From contig CAVHQU010000001.1 in assembly GCA_963638555.1 (NCBI GenBank), positions 169,309 through 233,308 on the forward strand: DNA of 64,000 nt, written 5' to 3'. The notes under the pieces were generated by a model. That model saw only the letters and a program-made list of their open reading frames with translations. It did not search any database and had not been told where the DNA came from. Positions 18,504-27,090 of this stretch are shown here, in pieces. The translations under genes and the position numbers were made by a program. The stretch comes from a bacterium. Its GTDB lineage: Bacteria; Bacillota_I; Bacilli_A; RFN20; CAG-826. The first letter of the stretch is position 1. Each line of letters opens with the position of its first letter.

Positions 18504-20480
18504 TTATTCGGCTGTTACAACTTGTGAGAATTCCATCGTAGATGAATCGGAATCACATTCGAGAGTTAAGCCAAGTTTGTCTGCCTTTCCATCAACAAGG
18601 AACATGCTAACACGGCCTTCATCCCAGTTTTTCCAAGAAGAGGAAAAATCAGAGAATGAAATCTCATTTTCATCTAATTCCCATTTGAACGTATCCGTAT
18701 ATTCTTTACCAGAATCGGTGATAGTTTGAACTCTTTCACATGTACCATCAGCAGAGAACTTAAGCGTAACGGAATATCCCCAAATACTAGTATGTGTGAA
18801 TGTATGATTCACTAAGAAATTGGTAAAATTGGTTTGTGAATTGATGACATAGAATTTCTTTTCGACTTTTACTGTTGGGTCAGCTGCTGAAGCCAAAGTA
18901 ATTGTTACCAATCCTTGTTTTTTTGTCGTGATTGTTAATTCTCCGCTAGAGGAAACCTCAACTGTAAGTCTATCTTCATTCGATGAAGTCGCAGTTATTG
19001 GTTCGTTGATTGTGCTTGATGGTTCAGTAGCGTAACGCCATGTATATGTTTTTCCAGAAAGTAAACTTGTTGATCTGTTTCCGATATCAGATGTTGAGCT
19101 AAAGGAAATTGAGGCGATTTGCGCTTTAGTAACGGTGACGCCACTAACAGTGATGCTTGTTAAGTAATAAGCGCCTGTCGTTTCTCTCTTGGCGTAATAT
19201 TCATACGTTAAATCAGCCGTACCCGCGCCAACGATTTCGAAATTGCCTTGATCATCAACTTTAATAACATCTTCGTTTGATGACGCTGAAGCGGTTAATT
19301 GAGTATAAACAGTATTAGCTGGTTCATATTTGTTTGCATAGCCGTAAATTGTTGAATATGAGCTTGAAACGGTTAAGTCTTCAACATCATGGACTTTCCA
19401 ATATGAGTCTTTGGCAGTTAATTTAACCGATGAAACATTCGTAAGGAAATAATCATTTGGATTGATAACATCATCACCAAATCCATCGGTCTTTGTTCCG
19501 TAGGTGATTGTGCCAGACTCTTTTAATGAAGAAAAAGCAGTATCCGTTGGATCGTCGTCCATAGAATATGTGACCTTATTTAAACAATCATACGAAATCA
19601 ATCTTGTCTTAGTGGAATTCATCGTATATTCCGCTTTAAGCTGAGTCGTAACAGTTTGACCGCTTTCAGTGTAAGAATATGTAACATCGATATTGTAATA
19701 GATATCGCCATTTTCTAAGGTAACTGGTGTTACTTTAGTCTTTCCTGTCTGAGCAACATACATATTTTCGACGATATTGCTGCCAATAAAGTTATATAAA
19801 TTGCCAGTTAAGTTTGCAGCTGCATTCGCTTGGAAATCAGATGAAAGAATATATTGAGAGGAGGATAATCCTGCAGCAGTTGCTTCTGCATCAGTATCCA
19901 CTATAAATAGTTTTGAAGCAGAATCTTGATATGCTTGTGGATTCTTGCTTGGATTGCTGTAGTCGGTAACTTTAACGAACATCTCAAATTCGTTTGTTTT
20001 AGAAGAGTCAGTTTCATCTTCATAAGCATCAGTTACTTTTGTTGCGACAGTTTTAAAAGTATCGCTTGTCTCTAATTTTCCATCAACAAGACGTTTGTAG
20101 GTTCCTGTTGAGGAAGATGATCCATCTAAGTAGTTTGTGTATACTTGTTCAGTCGTATTAACAATTGATGTGCTGGAATCAACATTCTTATAAGTAACAC
20201 TTGCGGCATTATTTAATTCTTCTTTTTGAAGTTTGGCGATTTCAGCTAAAGCATCTTCAAATGAAATGGAGTTATCATCGATTGAAGACGATGAAGATTC
20301 GCTACTTGATGAAGACTCAGAAGAGATTTCAGATTCACTTGAAGAGGATTTCTCGCTCGTTGAAGAACTCTCACTTGTGCTATTCTCGGAAGAATTTGCA
20401 TCGACGGACGAATTTGCAGTTCCACATCCAGCAAGTAATATTGCTAATGAGAGTACGCCAATTAATTTAGTTTTTTTCAT
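18504..20480 (-). CDS. Large Ser-rich surface lipoprotein
   Basis: Signal/lipobox 'LAILLAGCGT'; long poly-Ser/Glu linker; 658 aa. Confidence 0.8.
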   Translation of the reverse strand: MKKTKLIGVLSLAILLAGCGTANSSVDANSSENSTSESSSTSEKSSSSESEISSESSSSSESSSSSIDDNSISFEDALAEIAKLQKEELNNAASVTYKNVDSSTSIVNTTEQVYTNYLDGSSSSTGTYKRLVDGKLETSDTFKTVATKVTDAYEDETDSSKTNEFEMFVKVTDYSNPSKNPQAYQDSASKLFIVDTDAEATAAGLSSSQYILSSDFQANAAANLTGNLYNFIGSNIVENMYVAQTGKTKVTPVTLENGDIYYNIDVTYSYTESGQTVTTQLKAEYTMNSTKTRLISYDCLNKVTYSMDDDPTDTAFSSLKESGTITYGTKTDGFGDDVINPNDYFLTNVSSVKLTAKDSYWKVHDVEDLTVSSSYSTIYGYANKYEPANTVYTQLTASASSNEDVIKVDDQGNFEIVGAGTADLTYEYYAKRETTGAYYLTSITVSGVTVTKAQIASISFSSTSDIGNRSTSLLSGKTYTWRYATEPSSTINEPITATSSNEDRLTVEVSSSGELTITTKKQGLVTITLASAADPTVKVEKKFYVINSQTNFTNFLVNHTFTHTSIWGYSVTLKFSADGTCERVQTITDSGKEYTDTFKWELDENEISFSDFSSSWKNWDEGRVSMFLVDGKADKLGLTLECDSDSSTMEFSQVVTAE

Positions 20481-20591
20481 TATGTTATGACCTCCAAAGG
20501 GGTTTCTTAGTGAGACTAAGACTCGTGCATTATATTACAAAAAGAATTAAAGTGTGCTTTTTAATTTCTATATGTATATAATTCTCACGTT

Positions 20592-21419
20592 ATGAAAAAG
20601 AATTTATTGTTATTATTAGCCTCTAGCATGTTGCTTGGAGCGTGCACTGGAAACTCTCAAGAATCATCTTCTCCAAATCAAGCATCTTCATCTTCTGAAG
20701 CTATTTCATCTGAAGAATCATCAAGCGAGGAATCTTCATCTTCTCAAGAACTTCATATTGACACAAGATTAGTTGGTACATGGTACATCAACTCTTCAAC
20801 TACGGGAACGTTGCCAATCAATGGAATATTTACCGTAAACGCTGATGACACGCTTGAAATAGGTGAAAGAACCTTGACACTAAGTGGTCATTACGAAACA
20901 TATGAAGAAACTTATAAATTCGTATATGGATCGATTTCTTTTATCATTTCGTACGATGAAGATCATGATTACGCCGACTATGCATATCAAAACACAAACG
21001 AATCTGATCTTGGCTATGCCGCTAAAACACCAGTTCAATCTTCTAAATATGATTATGAAGGTGACACATTCCCAATGACGCAGTCTAAGGAATACCTAGA
21101 AACATCTTTAGATTTACCAACTTTTACTGCAACATCATATGCAGTGCAACTTTATACATCGCCACTATATGAAGTTAAATGTGCTGATATCGTTTGCTTC
21201 GGCGCAACTTTAGCAACCACTTCAGCTTATTTACAAACTTTATTAGATGATAATTATGAACTCTCTTACAAGAGCGGAACAATTTCAGAGCAAACATTCT
21301 ACACAGGACACGATTCTGCTAAAACATATTCTTTAAGAGTCATATTCTACAAAGGAGATACTGCTGCTGAAAATGAAGCGCATATCTTCTTATATAATTA
21401 CAATGAAAAGATTGCCTAG
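20592..21419 (+). CDS. Lipoprotein (Ser-rich linker), tandem paralog A
   Basis: Lipobox 'MLLGACTG'; TATAAT at 20576-20581. Confidence 0.8.
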   Translation: MKKNLLLLLASSMLLGACTGNSQESSSPNQASSSSEAISSEESSSEESSSSQELHIDTRLVGTWYINSSTTGTLPINGIFTVNADDTLEIGERTLTLSGHYETYEETYKFVYGSISFIISYDEDHDYADYAYQNTNESDLGYAAKTPVQSSKYDYEGDTFPMTQSKEYLETSLDLPTFTATSYAVQLYTSPLYEVKCADIVCFGATLATTSAYLQTLLDDNYELSYKSGTISEQTFYTGHDSAKTYSLRVIFYKGDTAAENEAHIFLYNYNEKIA

Positions 21420-21428
21420 GAGAAGAAC

Positions 21429-22301
21429 ATGAAGAAATACTTATTGCCTTTATTAAGCTCAATCTTATTGCTCGGAGCATGTACAGGAGCAAAAGAAAAT
21501 ACCTCTTCATCAAGTGAAGAGATTTCTTCCGATTCTTCAATTGAATCATCTTCTAGCGAATCAGAACAATACAAAGCATTGAATGCCTTAGCTGATAAAC
21601 TTTTCTCTCTTGAGGGAGAAGTCAAAACAGCCAAGACGATCATGAATAGAGAATTCATCTATCCAGGAACAGGCTCTTTCACAATGAATGTTAAGAATGT
21701 CTATGAAACAACTAGATATACTCATAGCACGTCAGATTATGTTGTAGAAACAAACGGAACGGAAACAATTGAGGGTTCCTCTTCTTCAACATACAAGACT
21801 CAAATATACAACGACACAAAGAAGTTCTATAAAGTAACTGCATACGAAGGCGAAAGCAATACCGTCGAAAGTAATACTTACGATGTTGAAAAAGTCGAAG
21901 CAACATACGATGTTGGCCCTGCTCAAACAGAAATAGCAAATTTCCAAGCCATTCTATTAAATGAGCAATCGTACGCCGAAAAAGGAACCCCTGAGCTCTT
22001 TGAATGGACATTTGATAACATCGAAGGCATCGAAGAGGATGAATTCCTCAAGTATTCTTACACAATCTCCATATATCAAACGCAAGAAGGGAGAAAAACT
22101 CTAACAACTTCTTACAAATACGAAAACACATTCACGATTAAAAATGATTTAATCACGAAACTTGAACAAAAATATGAGATGAATCAATATGTGAGTTCTG
22201 CAACAAACACTTTGAAAGTATCTCTTACAACAGAATACACTCAAGGGCAGTTTGAAGAATTTACAGGTACTCTCTTAAGTAACAAGAAAACATTAAATTA
22301 A
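21429..22301 (+). CDS. Lipoprotein (Ser-rich linker), tandem paralog B
   Basis: Lipobox 'ILLLGACTG', same N-terminal architecture as 20592..21419. Confidence 0.8.
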   Translation: MKKYLLPLLSSILLLGACTGAKENTSSSSEEISSDSSIESSSSESEQYKALNALADKLFSLEGEVKTAKTIMNREFIYPGTGSFTMNVKNVYETTRYTHSTSDYVVETNGTETIEGSSSSTYKTQIYNDTKKFYKVTAYEGESNTVESNTYDVEKVEATYDVGPAQTEIANFQAILLNEQSYAEKGTPELFEWTFDNIEGIEEDEFLKYSYTISIYQTQEGRKTLTTSYKYENTFTIKNDLITKLEQKYEMNQYVSSATNTLKVSLTTEYTQGQFEEFTGTLLSNKKTLN

Positions 22302-22303
22302 GA

Positions 22304-22334
22304 AAAAGAACGGATGCGTGTGTCCGTTCTTTTT
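22304..22334. terminator. Bidirectional terminator (aagaacgga-tgcgtgtg-tccgttctt-TTTT)
   Basis: 9-bp perfect stem between convergent genes. Confidence 0.7.
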
Positions 22335-23599
22335 TATTTTTCAGCATCTGTTCCTGATAAGAAATCAGTTATAGCGTCATCGAAATTGATAACGATATGG
22401 ACAGTTTTTCCATATCTATTATCGATAAATTTAGATAAATCGTTTTTTATTTGTTTTCGTTCCTTCTCATTATCCATCTCATCAGGGAGGATCATGTCAA
22501 AAATAAGATTGACGTTTTTCTCTCCCGAAACAATCCTGAAGTCATGGAAATGTATATCTTTGTTTGTTTTTGAAATGAATTCTTCGACAAGTTTCTTGTA
22601 TTTTTCAGTATCGGGATCATCAATCATTATCGGATCCATATGAACAGTGAGATGGATATGTAGCAATGAATAGGTTTCTTTTTCTAATAAATCGCACAGT
22701 TCATGAGAAATCATAACATCGTTTTTTGCATCTACTTCAACGTGTATGACACCAAAAATAACTTGTCCATAAGTATGAAGCTCCAAATCATGAACGCCTA
22801 AAACACCATTATGTTTCAAAAGGAGATTTACCAAAGACTTGATCAATTCTTCAGACGGCTTTTCTCCAACAAGAGAATTTGCCGCCTCTTTGATGATTCC
22901 TATGCCAGAAACAATAACTAAAACAGCAACGAACAAGGTGAAGAAACAATCAACATCATATTTAGTAAAGTATGAAATAAGAATTCCAATGATTACTAGG
23001 GAAGTAGATATGCAATCATTAAGAGCATCTTTACCTAACGCCTTCAATTGTTGAGAATTAATTCTCTTTCCGTAAGAAAAATATATCGAGGATTGGGTTA
23101 TCTTAACTAAAATAGCTAAAGAAAGTAAGCATAAGGAGACAACATACATCGTATAAGAGAATTCTCTAATTGATGGGGTACCCGTATTAATTATTGATTG
23201 AATAAAGGTTATTAAATCTCTTGCTCCTTGGTATGCCATTACGGCACCTAAGGCGATGATTACACAGCCAATAATCAAAGAAATAATGTATTCGGTTCTT
23301 TGATGGCCATATGGGTGTTCTTTATCGGCAGGCTTAAAGGTCATTTTCACGCCAAATACACTTAAAGCGTTATTCCCAAAATCAGAAAGGTTATTAACGG
23401 AATCAGATATCAATGAGTATAGTCCTAAAATGATACCCATGATAATTTTAGAAATGAAAAGCAAAAAATTAGTTATTAATCCAAAAAAAGATGCGACAAG
23501 CCCGTGCTTCTTTTGAACCACTGGATCTTTAACGTTTTTGTAGTCTTTAACAAATAATTTAAGTAATAGCTTTCCCATACACATGGATTGTAAGGCCAA
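22334..23599 (-). CDS. Cation diffusion facilitator (CDF) family metal efflux transporter
   Basis: CDF motifs 'SDSVNNLSD', 'HPYGHQRTE', cytoplasmic C-terminal domain 'HVEVDAKNDV'; alternative start 23578. Confidence 0.85.
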   Translation of the reverse strand: MALQSMCMGKLLLKLFVKDYKNVKDPVVQKKHGLVASFFGLITNFLLFISKIIMGIILGLYSLISDSVNNLSDFGNNALSVFGVKMTFKPADKEHPYGHQRTEYIISLIIGCVIIALGAVMAYQGARDLITFIQSIINTGTPSIREFSYTMYVVSLCLLSLAILVKITQSSIYFSYGKRINSQQLKALGKDALNDCISTSLVIIGILISYFTKYDVDCFFTLFVAVLVIVSGIGIIKEAANSLVGEKPSEELIKSLVNLLLKHNGVLGVHDLELHTYGQVIFGVIHVEVDAKNDVMISHELCDLLEKETYSLLHIHLTVHMDPIMIDDPDTEKYKKLVEEFISKTNKDIHFHDFRIVSGEKNVNLIFDMILPDEMDNEKERKQIKNDLSKFIDNRYGKTVHIVINFDDAITDFLSGTDAEK

Positions 23600-23686
23600 A
23601 TGAAAAGTATGTATAAATTAACTTATAAAAATCTTTCAATTTAACGAAATGATTTTTATTTTTCTTATGTGATATACTAATGCCGT

Positions 23687-24391
23687 ATGATAAATGTCGC
23701 TATCGTTGAAGACAACAAGCAAGATTCCGAAAGGCTCGAATCTTTCCTAGTCAAATATCAGGGAGAAAATAAAGTAGATTTTGATATTAAGAAATTTGAG
23801 GATCCTACCCCTTTCTTAAAAACATATCATTCTGATTATGATTTGATATTTTTTGACATTCAAATGCCTAATATGAATGGCATGGATGCAGCAAAAGAAA
23901 TTCGTAAAATAGATAAGAAAGTTTTAATTGTATTCATCACTTATCTAGGACAATGCGCAATACAAGGCTATCAAGTTGAAGCACTTGATTTCGTCGTTAA
24001 ACCGATTGAATATGATGAATTCAAGTTAAAAATAGAACGTGCCTTATGTAGAATTCATAAAGATGAGAAAAAATTCATAATGATCAAGCAAAGGGCAACT
24101 GAAATTAAAATTCTTCAAGAAGATATCATTTACGTTGAGTCGATGCATCATCGAACCTTCTATCACACGGCAAACGAAATATATAAAGTAACGACCCCGT
24201 TAAGTAAAATAGAAAAGATTTTGGATCAAGACATGTTTGCTAGATGCAACAATTGTTATCTCGTAAATCTAAGATATGTCACTGGCATTATTGATCACGA
24301 TTGTCAATTAGGCGACATCACTTTGCAAATCTCTCAGCCTAGAAAGAAAGAATTTCTATCTAGATTTATAGATTATATGGAGGGCAAATGA
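23687..24391 (+). CDS. LytTR-family response regulator
   Basis: REC domain (VAIVEDN...DLIFFDIQMPNMNGMD) + C-terminal LytTR DNA-binding domain; overlaps next gene by ATGA. Confidence 0.9.
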   Translation: MINVAIVEDNKQDSERLESFLVKYQGENKVDFDIKKFEDPTPFLKTYHSDYDLIFFDIQMPNMNGMDAAKEIRKIDKKVLIVFITYLGQCAIQGYQVEALDFVVKPIEYDEFKLKIERALCRIHKDEKKFIMIKQRATEIKILQEDIIYVESMHHRTFYHTANEIYKVTTPLSKIEKILDQDMFARCNNCYLVNLRYVTGIIDHDCQLGDITLQISQPRKKEFLSRFIDYMEGK

Positions 24392-25743
24392 TATCAACTT
24401 GGCTTAGCAATTTTCTAAACAATCTTATTCCAGGTTTATCTACACAATTTGTCATCGTTCTTTCGTATACGATAGAAATGATTGTTGCATGTTTAATATT
24501 TGGAATAAGAATCCCTAGGAGAAAAGGCTTCTTTTGGATTGTGCCTGTCTATATTGTAGGCTGTTTCCTACTAATTTTCCCTGTCTCTATATTGCGTTTA
24601 TATATAAATAATTGGAATAGATTCGGCACAGGCATTTTTCACTCGACTTACGGCTCTTTATTGATTATTGGCTATTTGTTTGCTGCCCATAAAGAAGAAA
24701 CGTATGAAACGATGCTTGATTTCGTTTCCATAGATGCTTCAACAATGTTAATTGGTAAATTCTATTCACTTCTTCTAAATATGGCAGGCAAAGATACAAC
24801 TAAATCGATGTCTTTTTTCCAAGATAGCAATAATCTAAGAGATTGGAGCATATACTGGATTTTGCATATCATTCTATACATACTCTTCGTCTTCCTTTTC
24901 TTCAATCAAAGAAGCCAATCTCTATCACACAAAGCAAAAAGAAACATCCTTGCATTAACTATTGGGTCCGTTCTTTTAATGAATATTGTTTTTTCGATAT
25001 CAAGTCCTTACGAAACGGAATCGATGGCATTAATGATAGTTATCAAACTTTTCACATGCCTTATTTGTTTATTCATTCTTTTCATCCGTGCAGGTTTGCT
25101 TAATCAATCGAAGAAAGAAAACGAAGCGGAACTCATGTATGAACTCTTTACGCAAGAAAAACAGCAATTTGATTCATGCAGAGCCTCAATCGATGTAATC
25201 AATAGAAAAACTCATGATCTTCGTCATCAATTGTCTTCCCTTGAAGGGAAACTCTCACAAGAAGAGATCAAAGAGTTAAAAGACGCAACACGTATATATG
25301 ATTCAACAATTCAAACTGGGAATGATGTTCTTGATGCAATAATATACGAAAAGCAACTACGTTTTGAAAAAGAAAACATCCACTTCACCTGCATGTTAGA
25401 TGGAAAGGCAGTTTCTTTCATTAAGCAAGAACATCTATATTCTTTGATGAATAATCTTTTGGGCAATGCCATCGAAGCAACTTCGAAACTAAAAGAGGGA
25501 AGAATCATCGATTTAACAATTAAAAAGAAAATGGGCTTCATCATCATTGAAGAGTTGAACACATTTGATGGCAAAATCTCTTTTGATGACAAAAACCGCC
25601 CAATTTCAAGCAAAAAAGATGGCCATAATCATGGCTTTGGAACAAAAAACATATCTTACGTAGTTAAGGAATATCATGGCGAAATAAAATATCAAACTCA
25701 AGACAATACATTCCGCGTCTTAATCTATTTTCCAGATAATTAA
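24388..25743 (+). CDS. Sensor histidine kinase, HPK10 (AgrC/ComD-like) subfamily
   Basis: 6-7 N-terminal TM helices; H-box 'THDLRHQL'; N-box 'NLLGNAIEA'; GHKL ATPase C-terminus. Confidence 0.85.
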   Translation: MISTWLSNFLNNLIPGLSTQFVIVLSYTIEMIVACLIFGIRIPRRKGFFWIVPVYIVGCFLLIFPVSILRLYINNWNRFGTGIFHSTYGSLLIIGYLFAAHKEETYETMLDFVSIDASTMLIGKFYSLLLNMAGKDTTKSMSFFQDSNNLRDWSIYWILHIILYILFVFLFFNQRSQSLSHKAKRNILALTIGSVLLMNIVFSISSPYETESMALMIVIKLFTCLICLFILFIRAGLLNQSKKENEAELMYELFTQEKQQFDSCRASIDVINRKTHDLRHQLSSLEGKLSQEEIKELKDATRIYDSTIQTGNDVLDAIIYEKQLRFEKENIHFTCMLDGKAVSFIKQEHLYSLMNNLLGNAIEATSKLKEGRIIDLTIKKKMGFIIIEELNTFDGKISFDDKNRPISSKKDGHNHGFGTKNISYVVKEYHGEIKYQTQDNTFRVLIYFPDN

Positions 25744-25849
25744 AAATGTTAATTTGGTTCATCTAAATTAGAGTTTGGTTCATTAGTCTTTTAAAATGTA
25801 AGCGGTTTCTTTAATGTTTCCTCACAATCAAAATTTTGGAGGAAACACA

Positions 25850-27073
25850 ATGAAAAAGATTTTGACAATTAGTCTCCTAGCGACAATGGGCGCTTTGATG
25901 ACACTCACATCCTGTGGCGGAAGCAAGGAAAACACCGATTCATCAGCAAATGGTGCCTCTTCTGAAGAAACCGCTTCTTCTATCCAACCTGTAGTAGAAA
26001 GAAAATTGACTGGTTCATATTTAACTAGCGCTCAACTTTCTTATATGAATATGCGTCCAACATACAACTACTACACCACAAAATTCTCGTTCGAAGGCCT
26101 TGAAACATATTCAGATGGTTCTTACGTCTTCACGTTGGTTTCAATGTGCTATTCAGGTTTAAACTTACCAGAATCAGGTTCTGATGCCAGTGGATCCGAA
26201 AGAGAAAATTTTGTCAAAAAGTTCTATGGAACATATACATCTAAAACAAATGAATTAGATGATAGTATGTTAGACATCACTCTTGATATTCCTACACGTC
26301 TTACTAATGCATATAACTGTCAATATTTTGCTGATACAGCCGCCTGGACAGATGCAATGGCAACAGCCGTTTCAACAGATTCCTATGGTAACGTTTCAGA
26401 AACAAAATACACCGCTGAAACATATTTAGCGTCCCAAGCCTTCAATAAGACGACAGTTTCCGTTACAACATCTACCGCATCATTCGATTATTTCACTTTA
26501 AGAGAAGATGGCGCAGCTGATCCAAAAGTCACCGTCTCAACCGAAACATATGGTCTAACCGGTGCCTATCTTTCCCCATCAAGTTTAGCTTATAGCAATT
26601 TCCGCCCAACATATAACTACTACACCACAAGATTCGCGGAAGAGTACATCGAAACATATTCAGATGGAACATATCGCGCAGATATCATTTCTTCTATGTT
26701 CTCTGGATTAAACTTACCAGAAGAAGGAAATGATGCTAGTGGATCTGATCGTGCGAACTATATTCAAAGCTTCTATGGCAAATACGCATCCAAGACAAAT
26801 GAATTAGATGAAACCATGATTGATTTAACAATCAAATCACCAACGACAGTTAAATTAACATACGATGCTGCCTATTTCATTGATTCTGACAATTGGACAG
26901 ACGCAATGTCTAATGCAACCGCAACAACCGATAGAACAACTGGTGAGAAAACAATCAATTATAAAACTGGGGCAGAATATTTGAATGCAGTCAAATTCGA
27001 TGATCAAGAAATCTCTGTTACCACTTCAACAGCGTCATTTGATTTTATTAAATTAAGCGCTGAACTTAACTAA
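25850..27073 (+). CDS. Lipoprotein with internal tandem domain duplication
   Basis: Lipobox 'LTSCGG'; two ~150-aa repeats (RPTYNYYTT(K/R)F...YSDG(S/T)Y...SGLNLPE(S/E)G(S/N)DASGS...TNELD(D/E)(S/T)M(L/I)D(I/L)T); start ATG 25850 with RBS ggagga. Confidence 0.8.
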   Translation: MKKILTISLLATMGALMTLTSCGGSKENTDSSANGASSEETASSIQPVVERKLTGSYLTSAQLSYMNMRPTYNYYTTKFSFEGLETYSDGSYVFTLVSMCYSGLNLPESGSDASGSERENFVKKFYGTYTSKTNELDDSMLDITLDIPTRLTNAYNCQYFADTAAWTDAMATAVSTDSYGNVSETKYTAETYLASQAFNKTTVSVTTSTASFDYFTLREDGAADPKVTVSTETYGLTGAYLSPSSLAYSNFRPTYNYYTTRFAEEYIETYSDGTYRADIISSMFSGLNLPEEGNDASGSDRANYIQSFYGKYASKTNELDETMIDLTIKSPTTVKLTYDAAYFIDSDNWTDAMSNATATTDRTTGEKTINYKTGAEYLNAVKFDDQEISVTTSTASFDFIKLSAELN

Positions 27074-27090
27074 TTTAAGGGGCACGTGTA

